30,500 bases of DNA from Cladosporium halotolerans (taxonomy: Eukaryota): the NCBI RefSeq assembly GCF_011745625.1, contig NW_027191467.1, positions 558,001 through 588,500 on the forward strand. The letters are read 5' to 3'. The translations under genes were made by a program, and so were the position numbers. The notes beneath the pieces were generated by a model. The model had not been told where the DNA came from, did no database searches, and worked only from the letters and a program-made list of their open reading frames with translations. Every line of letters starts with the position of its first letter. Positions within the stretch are counted from its first letter, which is position 1. Positions 1 through 11,028 of the stretch are shown piece after piece.

Positions 1-2767
1 GCGCGAAGATGTCGGCAGGCTTGTCAAAGCGACCAGAGAGCACCTCAGGACCGATGTACTCGCGGTCACCTTCGCCGTCAAGACCAGGCGGCGCAGGCCA
101 GGTGCTTGCCATGCCAAAATCACCAATCTTGAGCACGCCCTCCCAATCGATGAAGACGTTGGCGGGCTTGAGATCCAAGTGGATGATGCTAGCGTCGTGA
201 ATGGACTTGACGCCTTGTGCCAGTTCGAGCATGATCTTCCAGATGCGGAAGTCGTCAAGTCTGCCCTTGAAACCAGCCTGGGCGAGGAAGTCCTTGAGGT
301 TGCCGTTCTCGCAGTATTCAGTCTGGATGTACAGATGGTTCTTCGACTCCCAGTCGTCCACAAGCTCGATGATGTGCTCGTGACCGCGCAGTTGCTTGAG
401 GATCTGTACTTCACGCATCTTACGCGCACGATCTTTGTTGCCCGTGTATGGACGGCGAGACTTCTTCACAGCCCACACTCTATGTGTCTGCCCAGTCTCG
501 CTCTGCCCGGTGGAAGCCTTGCCGGGAATAGGCTTTTCGACTTTGTAGACCTGAGAAAACTCGCCCACGCCAAAGCTTGCTGACTGGCCGAAACGTGTGG
601 TTAGAGAAGTGTCGACGTCGTTCGCAAAGTACCCCGAAGAAGCGTTGCTCTGAACAAAGCTCTGGTGGAAGGAATCTCGCGGTCCAGTTGGTGTCGCTGG
701 TGGGAACGTGTTGCTTGGAACAAGCATCGATGTCCGCTCAGCAGAGATGGTAAGCCTGCTGGGATCCGGAGGAGAGCTCCAATCATGCGGCGTTTGTGGT
801 GATCTTCCGAGAATGGGCGTCGACAATCTCGGACCATGGTTATCAGCACTGCCTGACGCAAATTGCTCCAAGTTGAGGGCAGAGCGTTGGCTCTTCCTGC
901 TGGTAGTAGAACAGTCAAGCGCATCACCCTGCTCGCCGTCTGCATCCTGATCGGCGGAAGACTCCGGGGGAAGGAATGTATCACTTCCAAGAGAAGTTCG
1001 CCTACCGAAAAGACTGCTGCGCAGACTGTTGCTCTTGCCGCCCTTGGATTGCGGACGCGGCAGGGTGGCGGCAGTCTTTGTTGGTGTGGGCGGGAGCTCG
1101 TCTGCACTCATATGGCCTTCGCCAAGTTGCAGAGGCGAGTTGACCACGTCGTCACCTGTGATGCTGGCGAAGCTGCCACGACGGGAAAGCTTCAGCGCCT
1201 GCGTGCCAAAGATGTTGGCACCCTTGCCGAATGATTCAGGTGACATCTTTGAAGCGCGGCCGTTGAAAGGTGTTGTTGGGCTTCCAAACTCGTGGCAAGG
1301 CTGTGCGACCTTTCCAAGCCCTGAAGCCGGTGCAGGAGTGCCAGTGAAGATGGCGTGGGTCTTCTTGGAAGGGGTATCGGGCATGGGTCCTGCACCGCCA
1401 GGCGAATCCAGATTCCTATTTCGTTTTGAGAGGAGGCCTGTTGACATGAAAGCCTGCGGCAAAGGCTTTGCCATCTTATAGGCGTCAGGAGTTGCGAATG
1501 TCTCTTGTCCGTTTCCCGGGAAGCCAGGGTTCTTCGTAAGTGTCGGCCGCATGGCACCAATAGGAAGTGATTTAGCGAAGTTAGGTTTAGGCATGTCAGG
1601 CTTGTTCGCGGTAGGAACATCACGGAACTGTGAAATTTCGTGGGAGTCGTCGGCGATGCTCGAGGTAGATGAGGATGGTGATAGTGCGTTAGACAAGGGG
1701 TGTGGCTTGGGTGCTGATTGGTAGGTCTTCTGCGCGGGCGGCTGGAAAAGGACCGGTGGGTCGTTCGCACTGCTGCGATAGAAAGGTGAACCGAAATCGG
1801 GGCTTCGGAGAGGAAGCGCACCATCGAGAGAGATGCGCGATCTTGCTCTCGTCAAAGAAGGACTTGAGCCTGCCTCGCCTTCGGTGGTAAACAGCCTCGT
1901 GCGACCGGGAGCGCGCTGCTGAAGGGTGGATTTTCTCAGTCCATGAGGTCGCCGTTGCGGAGATTGCATGGAAGGACTGGGCCAAGTTGAGAAGCCAGAG
2001 GTGCTGTCTTTCTCCTTCTCCTTCTCGGCGTCAGGCATGGCGGTCTCGGAGGAAGTGCCGTCCATTCCCTGATCGAATACGTTGAAGTCGTTGCCGAAAC
2101 CGGCTGGGCCGTGCAGGCTCCTACGCTTCACGCGAGGGCTGCTCATACCAGCCGCGTCCAAGTTCATCACTCCGTCGCTTCTCTTCAGTGGGCTGGATTT
2201 CGGTGGATTCGGCTCCTTGAAAAGTGGTTGGAGAAGAGTGTCAGCTCGGGGTTTAGACTGGTGCTCTGGCTTGAAGTCGGGCTTGTTGAAGTCAAGCTTG
2301 ATGGGCTGATCAAAACGGGTGTCGGTTTCCTTCGGTGTGTCGCTGCTGCAATCCATGTTTTCCTGGTCGGCTTCAGCAGAGGAGCGGCGGATCAGGGCAG
2401 GACGCGCATTGGGCTGGTTGGCTTTGTCGCTGAGGGCACGGCGGAGTGGGCTGTTAGGCGATGTCCGTCGCATCGACGTGCGAGTGCCGCTGCGCTTGAC
2501 GGAAAACCTGGGCTTAGGTACCGGCTCCGTCGCGCACTCGATGTTGCAGGAGCGAGAAAGACCAGACGGAGAGGCTGGCGTGTGGTGCTGAGAGGTGGGC
2601 GAAGTGCGGGTGTACAACTGGAAGCGTGCCGGCTTCGATGGAGAGCGCGATAGTGTGCGGCGCAGTTGCCTGATGGATTCTATCGTGGTGTTGTGGTGTT
2701 GGGTGGGCGAGAGCATGTGCGCAGCACTGCCGGCAGAGTGGTGGCGGGGAGAGTAGTCGAACTCCAT
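1..2767 (-). CDS. wee1: Wee1/Swe1 family mitosis-inhibitor protein kinase (3' end runs off the left edge; about 922 codons in window)
   Basis: Manual minus-strand translation from ATG at 2767 (acaATGg) gives [10 protein letters not shown]...[14 protein letters not shown]...LRKSTLQQR...[12 protein letters not shown], then the kinase domain: [52 protein letters not shown]. Gx[12 protein letters not shown] and EGDREY are Wee1-type signatures. The start and the kinase motifs share a frame. The ORF track has no ORF starting at 2767, as expected if the frame stays open to the window edge. Confidence 0.93.
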   Translation of the reverse strand, partial: MEFDYSPRHHSAGSAAHMLSPTQHHNTTIESIRQLRRTLSRSPSKPARFQLYTRTSPTSQHHTPASPSGLSRSCNIECATEPVPKPRFSVKRSGTRTSMRRTSPNSPLRRALSDKANQPNARPALIRRSSAEADQENMDCSSDTPKETDTRFDQPIKLDFNKPDFKPEHQSKPRADTLLQPLFKEPNPPKSSPLKRSDGVMNLDAAGMSSPRVKRRSLHGPAGFGNDFNVFDQGMDGTSSETAMPDAEKEKEKDSTSGFSTWPSPSMQSPQRRPHGLRKSTLQQRAPGRTRLFTTEGEAGSSPSLTRARSRISLDGALPLRSPDFGSPFYRSSANDPPVLFQPPAQKTYQSAPKPHPLSNALSPSSSTSSIADDSHEISQFRDVPTANKPDMPKPNFAKSLPIGAMRPTLTKNPGFPGNGQETFATPDAYKMAKPLPQAFMSTGLLSKRNRNLDSPGGAGPMPDTPSKKTHAIFTGTPAPASGLGKVAQPCHEFGSPTTPFNGRASKMSPESFGKGANIFGTQALKLSRRGSFASITGDDVVNSPLQLGEGHMSADELPPTPTKTAATLPRPQSKGGKSNSLRSSLFGRRTSLGSDTFLPPESSADQDADGEQGDALDCSTTSRKSQRSALNLEQFASGSADNHGPRLSTPILGRSPQTPHDWSSPPDPSRLTISAERTSMLVPSNTFPPATPTGPRDSFHQSFVQSNASSGYFANDVDTSLTTRFGQSASFGVGEFSQVYKVEKPIPGKASTGQSETGQTHRVWAVKKSRRPYTGNKDRARKMREVQILKQLRGHEHIIELVDDWESKNHLYIQTEYCENGNLKDFLAQAGFKGRLDDFRIWKIMLELAQGVKSIHDASIIHLDLKPANVFIDWEGVLKIGDFGMASTWPAPPGLDGEGDREYIGPEVLSGRFDKPADIFA

Positions 2768-2770
2768 TGT

Positions 2771-2782
2771 TTACGTCGTCAT
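2771..2782 (-). promoter_or_regulatory. Minimal upstream ORF (Met-Thr-Thr-stop) ending 3 nt before the wee1 start codon
   Basis: Minus strand reads tca ATG ACG ACG TAA aca ATG GAG TTC. The uORF AUG has weak context (T at -3); the main AUG has strong context (A at -3, G at +4). Confidence 0.5.
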
Positions 2783-5700
2783 TGATGGGGCGGCGCAGTG
2801 TTGGTGTGACTGTGCGTGCGGTGGTGCGGTGGTGGGTGGTGCTCTGGCGGCTCGTGTCGCGACGGCGGTGCCTGCGGGCGACGTGTTGCGACGGGCGGGC
2901 TCGCGATGATGTCGTCGGGCAGCGGAAGGGTGCAGTATCGGCGGGAGCGTGGTATGTGCGCGCAGACAATGCGATAAGGATGGGCGAGGGTGTGTGTACG
3001 GACGGCGGAGCGGTGCCGTGGAATGCCAGACACACGCGTCGTGCGACGGGCGGCGCGAGGCGAGCGGTGCCGGTGGAGGCGCGGGCGGGGTGCGGTGTCG
3101 AGGGCGGCGGCGGCGGTCGACGGGGAGGAGGAGGGTGATATGCTCGCGGAGCAGTGCGAGCGCGGTGGGCGTCGAGGGCGATGGCCGGCGGTGGTGGAAG
3201 TGGTGGGTGTGGTGACGGTGAGGGAAGCGAGGCGCGATCGGATCCGCGCTCCAAAACAAAGCAGGGACGAGCAGCCAGCGGGCAGGCAGCCAGGCAGGCC
3301 GCGGCCCGTGCGCGCTCAGAGTTTCGCTCCGGCGCCCGTGCAGAACGGCCACGCCCACCCGGCCGCGCCTGCCTGCGAGGCCCGCCAGACTCGCCCACGC
3401 CGTGTGGGCGCCGTGTCGCTGCCCCGGCCAGAGCAGGCGATCACACATGGCCGCCGGGCTGCACGAACGCTGGACTGCACCCTCTCGCGCCGCTCTCTGC
3501 TATATCGCACCGCCGTCTATACGCCTGCCGCCCGCCCGCCCTCTGCCCTCCAGATCAGGATCAGCCTGGTTGCGATAGACCCCTCGAAAACGACCACAAC
3601 GCCTGAAACGCCTTTCCTTTGTTTACCACCTGCCGATGCTGTCTCTTCGCGCCCCGTGGCCTGTCGCCACTCGCCACGCTGACCACTCATCTCCCCTGGG
3701 CCCGCCTAGTGTGCGCCGCCCCTCCTGCTACAACCCTCATCTCAATAGTTACCACTACTAGCATCCCTCCGCACTGCTCCCGTCGCGCGTGCGGTGGCCA
3801 CGCTTGCGCAATGCATCGCTACATCCTGCCGGGCTGCCCATGCGCCGCGGCACATCTGACAAGCCCCTCTCCAATCCCTCCAATCTATCAGGCTGCGGAC
3901 CGTGCTCGCACGTTGCAGCACGCTCGCCAGCCCAGTCCTTCCCTCGCTCGCCGAGGCGCCAGCGACACTCGCAGTGCTGAGAGCCTGAGACCCATGAGCA
4001 CATCGACGCGCAGACCTGTCTCAAGCACCGCTCACAGCCCACCACGTTGGAGCGCCGCCATGGAACTGTCGCCTTCCCGCGGCCTCGGCCAGCTCATCAC
4101 TGGTCCATCACACACACACACCTGCCAGCGTAACAGCACATATGCTTCCCCGTAATCCCGTCCACTCGTGACCAGGCCGCCTAGCAGAGACCCGCACGAG
4201 CTGTAGCTGTTCGTGTTCGTGACCAGCAGTGATGCCCAAAACAAGCTGCGTGGCTGCGCTGGTGTCCAGCAGCTCGATTGGGCCGGCTGCAGCTCTGCGG
4301 AGGAGAGCTCCAAAAAAATCGCCGGGTGAGCCGGCACCAAAGTGTCGCGCAGTCACATGACCCCGCCTGCCGGCTTCTCCCACCTCCAACCAGCGGTTCG
4401 CGGGCGTCTACCAGGTAGCCGGCAGCCCAACGCGTGCGCTTGACGTCTGCTGCCGCACCGTATCTACAACTGTATCTCAACGGCACGGGGACTAGCAAGT
4501 GCGCACAAGCAGCAATTGCGCAAGCCCGTTACCGTGGGAATGGCAGTCGAGTCAGGCAGAGCATGGAGAATGCCTGCCCGCGGGCGTGCGTGCGATTGAT
4601 TCAGGAGTCGCGAAAAAGCGTGCCGGCTGCGGAACGATGGAAAGGCAGGCAGGCCGCTAGCTCTCCTCAGGCTGCCATTTAATCTCAGAGCGCGGGCCTA
4701 CCTAGCGACTCGAACGCATCATTCCTGACGTAGCACATCCCCCCCATCTTCCCCTTTCATCTCACCCTGTTCTCCTCCCCTCACGGCCAACCTACAACCC
4801 TGCTCCCCACGCGCAATCTCGCCATCCCAGCCCTACGCGAGCGCTGATCCCTCGCGTGAAGCTCTAAAACTCCCAGGCAACAACAAACGTCTAATCCCCG
4901 AAACAGCACAGCAACACAACCCCCATCACGATGCCAGCTTGCCAACCCAAGACATTAGTGAAAATCCCCTTCTATCGCATCACCAGAAACTAGCTCCTCT
5001 GCATGTCTTCCCGCCAGAGCCGAGCAAATCTAAGACTTCGCTGCTCCGAGCGCCAGGTCCGCTGCACAGGCGCAGCACAGCCTCCTGGTCATTTTGTTTC
5101 AGCCCTGGCCGCCGGCGCGCTACGTGCCTCGTGGCGAGAGGACTTGCCGCATTAGGAGGGATCGCCGCGTAAGTGTCTGTGAGTGAGTGACAGGGCGAGT
5201 TGGAGTGGTCGATGATCGGGTTGTGGTGTTTGGTAGGTCGAGGTGTTCATGCTGGTTGATTTTGCCAGCGAGCTGGTACAGTATGGGCAAATGCTCGGAT
5301 CTCGATGCTTGTCCATGTGAGAGGGACGGACGGGCAGTGTGCCAATGCCGCGTGCCCGGTCTACCTGGTGAATACAGAGTCTTAGACACGGAGGAGCCTG
5401 CGACGCGAGGGAAGGGTTCGTGTGCGTCTCCCACTCGTGTCGTCTGACGTACTGCAGAACGGTGGGATTTTCTGGATGACTCCATTGACGAAGCTGCTTG
5501 AGGGGTTTCCAGACACGTCCTGCATGTCTCGAAGACTATCGATGCTGTTCAACGGGATTCGGGGCCGGCTCCCTCGCCTTTGGAATAATAGTGTGCTCGT
5601 TGGCGTCGGCATGTTCCAATGGTTCTAGACATTGTCTCCTGCTTCCCTTGCACTGGTTTGTTCCGTCCCCAGGCATGGAAAGGTAACAGACGGATTGCTC

Positions 5701-5884
5701 ACGGTGACAAGGCTCCGGCATTCAAGCCTTGGAGCGTAGAGCTATTCCGCCAGACGGAGTCGTTCGATCCCTTCTAATCTGACCACGTACAACGAGAAAC
5801 CCACGAACAAATCCTGACAATCCAACCCCCATGTCCAAGCCCTCTCCCAATCCTCCCAGCCCCCATGCCCTCCACCCAGAACCC

Positions 5885-8049
5885 CTACAGCCTCGCCCCC
5901 TCCCTCCCCTCCAAAACAGCAACCAACACCCCCTCCCCCACCTCCTCCCCCTCCTCCGCATCCGTCACAAACCCCACGACCCCTCCCCTCCGCGCCCGAA
6001 CCTCAACCTCCATCTTCATCTGCCGCACCACGCAAACCGTCTCGCCCTCGCGTACCTCATCACCCACGTCAACCAGAACTTCCACCAGCGTGCCCGCGAA
6101 CGGAACCACGACGTGCCGCGGATCGTCGCGCGAGCCGAGGCGGTGGCGGCTCGCGTGCGCGCTGGCGGTCGTGGATTGCAGGTGCAGGGTGTAGGATTGG
6201 GGTTGGGCGGAGGAGGAGGAGGAGGAGGAGGGAGGCGTGTGGGTTAGTTCGGCGGAGAGGGAGGTGGGAAAGTCGGCGCGGAGGAGGCGGGTTAGGGTTA
6301 GGTGGTGGGGTTGTTGTTGCTGTTGCTGCTGCGATTGGGAGGGCTGGTTGGTGGGCGTGAGGGTGAAGGTCCAGGCGTCGTTTGGGCGGAAGAGGGGCGC
6401 TGAGGTGGAGGTTGTGCTCGGGAGGGAGGAGGTTGGTTGGGAGGGGAAGAGGGAGGGCGGGCGGTTTTTGCGGATCGCGGCGCTGGCGGTGAGGAGCTCT
6501 GCGTGGTGCGACTCGAGCCATTGCGTGTCGCAGGCGCCGGCGAGGAAGTCTGCGTGCGAGACGATGGCGGCGAGGATGTCGAGGTTGGTTTTGACGCCGG
6601 TTATTGTTGTTTCTTGCAGGGCGCGGCGGGCTTTGTGGACGGCGCCGTCCCAGGTTGGTGCTGTGATGATGATCTTTGCGATTACGGAGTCGAAGTCGGC
6701 GCTCACGACTGCGGGTGCGCCGTGGACTAATGCGGTGTCTACGCGGACGCCGTTGCCGGAAGGGAAATGGAAGGATTGGATTTTGCCGATGCTGAGGGAG
6801 TAGTTCTTCTCTGGGTCCTCTGCTGTGACTCGCAGTTGGATCGATCGCTGAGGTGGCGGCCGCATTGGATCTTGATCGATGTTGGCTAGGTCTGTTTGAT
6901 CGAAGTTGAGCCCCTGCGCCAGCTGCAATTGGACTTTGACAATATCAATCGAGCAAATTGATTCCGTGATCGTATGCTCGACCTGAAGACGAGGGTTGAT
7001 CTCCAAGAAATAGAACTCGCCAGTGTCCGGATGCAGCAAGAACTCGAACGTCCCGAGCGACCTATACTTAATCTGCACAACATTCGTTAGCATCATCATC
7101 ATCCCCTCACCTCCCAACCCACCACCAAACTCACCTTCTTCGCCATCTGCACCGCCGCCTCCACAACCCTCCTCACAACCTCCCTCCCCAAGGTCGCCGG
7201 CGCAACCTCCACAACCTTCTGAAACCTCCTCTGCAAACTACACTCCCTCTCCCACAAATGCCTCACCTCCCCCCTCCCATCCCCCAAAACCTGCACCTCC
7301 ACATGCCTCCACCCCCCAACCGCAGCCCTCTCGACAAAAACCCTCCCCTCCGCACTCTCCCTCCTCGCAGCCCCCACCGCGCCCTCCAACTCCCCCGTAG
7401 TCCTAACAAGTCGAATCCCCCTCCCCCCACCCCCATCAACAGCCTTCACAAAAACCGGCAACCCAACCCCCTCCACGAACCCCCTCACCCCCTCCACCCC
7501 GCCCTCCCAAGCCTCCAAAACCGGCACCCCACAGCTCCCCGCCAACTCCCGCGCAGCAAGCTTGTCGCCCGTCCTCTCCAGCCCCTCTTTCCCGGGCCCG
7601 ATCACGGCAACTCCAATCTCAGCCATGGCCGCCGCGAACGCCGCGCTCTCGGACAGGAAGCCGTAGCCCGGGTGCACGGCGTCGATGCCGTGCTGTTTTG
7701 CCAGGGCGACGAGCAGCGCGATGTCGGTGTAGGAGGCTGCGGAGGGGAGGGCGAGGGCGTGCGTTGCGAGGCGGGCGTGCGAGGTGTCGGTCGGGGTGTA
7801 GGTGGCGTAGGTTGTGAGGGAGAGCTCGTGGGCGGTGGCGAGGATGCGGGCGGCGATTTCGCCTCTGGGGGGAGAGGGTGTTAGGGTTGTGTGTGTGGAG
7901 GGGTTTTGAGGGTTGGGGATGGAAGGTTGGAGGTTGGTTTCTTTTTTGAATCTTTTCTTCTTCTGGTCTTGAGAATGGATTGATGAGGCGTACCTGTTCG
8001 CGACTAATAATCGCTTGATCGGTCTTGGTGGTGGTGTTGAAGAAGCCAT
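5885..8049 (-). CDS. Biotin-dependent carboxylase alpha-like subunit (biotin carboxylase ATP-grasp plus C-terminal biotin-carrier domain), about 657 aa, C-terminal ARL
   Basis: Exons 8049-7994, 7864-7135, 7072-5885. Introns 7993-7865 (GTACGC..CTAAC..CAG) and 7134-7073 (GTGAGT..GCTAAC..CAG). Spliced protein has LLVANRGEIA, VHPGYGFLSES, KAVDGGGGRGIR, RHVEVQV, ERECSLQRRFQKVVEVAPA, TFEFL, FLEINPRLQVEHTITE, FDSVIAKII, GVKTN and the biotinyl-lysine motif RQMKME. It has no carboxyltransferase domain. Confidence 0.9.
6209..6333 (-). repeat. Coding trinucleotide repeats (poly-Ser and poly-Gln) in the BC-BCCP linker
   Basis: (GGA)n at about 6209-6231 encodes SSSSSSS; (TGT/TGC)n at about 6311-6333 encodes QQQQQQQ on the minus strand. 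Confidence 0.7.
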
Positions 8050-8871
8050 TGCCGAAACGATGCTTTATTGCTGCAGAAATTGAGGAACAAGTCTGCTGGA
8101 ATGAACAAAGTCTAGTCCAATTATTGAAAGCACCGAAGACAGATCGATATTATTCTTCGTCCTCGAATGTGAATACGGATCCTCGAACTGATCAACATCA
8201 ACCGTGTCGTCGGCAACCTCCAAAGCCCACAAGCCTCGGTTCGTCGATCACCCCATGCGGAGACAGCAGCAGAGCCCGACGACGGCGGGCGGGAAGATCA
8301 CTGCCACAAGTAGCCGAACATTCAAGATTCCGCAAACGACAGTCCAACATATTCGCGATCAGAAGGCACGATGTAGACAAGTGTGCAATAAACAGCGGGC
8401 CTTGGTTGTGGAGCTACTATACACCTCATTTGCCACACGATGCCCCTGCTTTCCTTTCGAACACGACTTCCCCGTTTCGCGCTTCCCTCTCGACGAATGC
8501 CGCGCTTGCTCGCTCGCTCGAGTGAAGAAAAAGAAACACGTGTTTTTTCCGCCTTGCCCTCTTTCTCGTGGTTTGTTGTACCGTCCAACGCCTCGCTTAT
8601 CCTGTTCCCTCGCGGTGGAAAGGGTTGGCCCTTCCCAGTATGCAAATCTCATCGAACCTTCCGCTGAAAAGAAAAAGAAAACAAAGTGAATCGGGGTTGA
8701 AGTTCTCCTTCTCCTTCTATTCCGTTCCCTTCCTTGATGGTGATTCAGAAAAGCAACGCCTGCGCCGTCAATGCATGGTTGTGTTTGGGTGATGCGGCCG
8801 CGAGGGCCGTGGTTTGGAATTGTGTCTTGACTTCGCTCAGATCTCGCTCAGCCGGGGCTTAGGATGCGGAT

Positions 8872-10153
8872 TCAAGGCTCGTCCTCGTCCTCGATCGGCT
8901 TCAGCTCCATGAGGAAGTCACGGGTCATTTCGAAGCTGAGCCAGGAACTGGCCATGGACGGAGCAACCTTGAGCAGATTCGGGCTGATACCCTTGTATAG
9001 GCCGCGGACTCCCTCTTGCGCAACGATCACGCGGATGGCGTCGAAGATGCCCTTGTACTGGTAGCCCATGCCGGACATGGTGTTGATTTGGAAGCGGCGG
9101 CGGAGCACATCACTGAAGAATTGTCAGTATCAATAGCATGGCCGGACATACTATTCAGGGATACTCACAGTGGGTAGGTGCAGGTCTGTGCCACACCGCC
9201 AGAGATGGCACCAGCTCCGAGCTTGCCAAAATTGCTAGGAGCAGTCTCTCCCTCAGGAGTGAAGTAGGTCCTGACACTTTCGTAAATCATGAAGTTGAGT
9301 CCAACGTAGGGCGCAACGCCAGCGACGGTCGGTAGAATGCCTCTGTACAACGCTGGGATTCCACCTTCGCTCATGTACATTTGCTTCATTGTGCCCCACA
9401 TGCCGGGAAGCTTTTTCTTTGCGGCTTCGGCTGCGGCAACAGACTTGTCTTTAGCCAATGCGGCGAACGAGGCGGACTGGATCGAAAGGCGGGTGCGGAC
9501 GATATCGAGAGGGTAGGTGACGGTGACTGAGGTGATACCTGCGAGTGCACCGCAGCATAGACGGGAGAGTGGGGATAGCGATGCGCCGGGAGTGGATTCG
9601 AAGCCCTGTGGTAAAGCCGATCAGCCAAACAATAGGAAACAAGAGGACAGTACCTTGTGCGCGCAAAGGCAAAGTCGGCAATTCGGCGGTAATCGTAACT
9701 CATTGAGCTTCGGAACGGTGGATGCTTATGTCGCTGTGGCTGCGACTGATCCTGATACCTCTCCCTGCCTGCCGCTTGCCTGCCTGGGCCTCACATAAAT
9801 GTATGGAAATGTCTCACCTTCTTGTAGATGTTGTAGCTGCCGAACTGCACCGCGCTGTAAGGCACGATGCGAATGCAATTGGTGCCGTTACCGGCCATCA
9901 TGCCGCGCCAACCCTCCTCGCGCCACATTTTCGACAATGCTTTGCTGATGCTCATCTTATATTCATCGCGCCCAACATTCTGAACTTGTAGCAGGATCTT
10001 TAAACGCTCGAGCGGGGAGACGACCGTGCGGGAGACCGCGCCGGCGGTGCCACCTGCAATAAAGGAAGCGACGACGGCTTGCGAGATCCAGGAACGGATG
10101 CCATAGTAGGGTGTGGCCTCGACGGGCGAGGGCGGGGATTGAGTGGAAGACAT
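8872..10153 (-). CDS. Mitochondrial carrier (SLC25), YPR011c/Leu5/SLC25A42-like adenine-nucleotide/CoA-type subfamily, about 337 aa (alternative in-frame ATG at 10234 adds 27 aa)
   Basis: Exons 10153-9818, 9605-9169, 9112-8872. Introns 9817-9606 (GTGAGA..CAG, 212 nt) and 9168-9113 (GTGAGT..CTGAC..CAG). Three carrier repeats carry Px[DE]xx[KR]x[KR]-type signatures (SPLERLKIL, YPLDIVRTRL, YPLDVLRRRF), plus GNGTNCIRIVPYSAVQF and GISPNLLKVAPSMA. Confidence 0.9.
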
Positions 10154-11028
10154 GTTTGCGGGAATGGTCTTGAGCGGGTTCGGATGCGGTAGAGAGGTCG
10201 GGGCGAGGGGTGAAGGATTGGGGTTGTGGCTCATTGCTTGAGGTATTCAGTCGGCGTGCGCGGCGTCATTGGGCGTGAAGGTCGAGCGAGCGAGCGAATG
10301 TGGTGATGCTAGCGGAAAGTGATATTGCGCCGGCGCAGAAGGTCGCGTGTCGGTATCATAGGAGCGCAGTCAGGCGCGGTGGTGGGAGAGTGGAGAGGGT
10401 GCTGGCACAAGGCCGGCGAGGCGTGCGGGAGGTGAGAGGTGAGTGAGGCGTGGTAATGTGATCGGGCGAGCTTGTGAAAGGAAGTCTGTTCTTCGCGCTT
10501 AGCCCTCGCTGCACGCCTGCTCCGGCTGGCTGGCTGGCGGGCCTTGCCCTTGGCGGCTCTGGATCGCTCCTTCCCTCTTCCCCGCGGGCGAAGTCGGATC
10601 GCGACGCGACTTTGGCGGTCTTGACGACGTCGTTGTCTCCACTACACCTCCAACTGCGGGCTGCGGATTGCGGGGTCGAGCACCTTAAGACGCGAGATAT
10701 CGGGATGAAGTGACGGCGAGATATGAGCTCGAGGGTTGGGAACACCTGACGAGACGGGCGGGCGCGGAGGAGAGTCACGCATGGTCAGCTGTCGTCGGCG
10801 TGTCTCAGCCTCCTGCCCCTGAGCCTCACTTCATCATGCGCGCCCAACTTCCAACAATAGCCACGCGAGCATCGAACGGACTTCGGCCTCGGAAGCTCTG
10901 GCTATGACGATTGATCGATTCAAGGATCGTGTATGCACTGTCTCTGAAGAAGGATTACATTACGGAATACGATGGAAAGCCAATCATCACCACATAATCT
11001 CCGACTACTGCAGTATTACTCCACCGCC

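Noticed and set aside
3291..3376. Imperfect inverted repeat (CAGGCAGGCCGCGGCC / GGCCGCGCCTGCCTG)
   Set aside because: A 15-16 bp GC-only stem with a bulge is expected by chance at this GC content; no target-site duplication or MITE structure.
2514..3682. Several 150-294 aa ORFs on both strands upstream of wee1
   Set aside because: Arg/Pro/Ala/Gly-rich translations typical of stop-poor, very GC-rich leader or promoter DNA; no motifs or coding-like composition.
4930..5720. Short ORFs of 60-120 aa between wee1 and the carboxylase
   Set aside because: No consistent splice model or recognisable domain could be built. A small orphan gene or relic cannot be excluded without RNA-seq.
6289..6302. 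GGGTTAGGGTTAGG telomere-like repeat (also degenerate CCCTAA/CCCAA units near 23683-23710)
   Set aside because: Only about two units; the first lies in a CDS (encoding LTLT) and both sit in skewed C- or G-rich tracts, so neither is an interstitial telomere array.
9606..9817. Long (212 nt) intron in the carrier gene as a possible TPP riboswitch or snoRNA host
   Set aside because: No TPP aptamer core (CUGAGA ... CUGAU ... AUG ... GCG) and no convincing paired C/D boxes seen by eye; an Infernal/Rfam scan would settle it.
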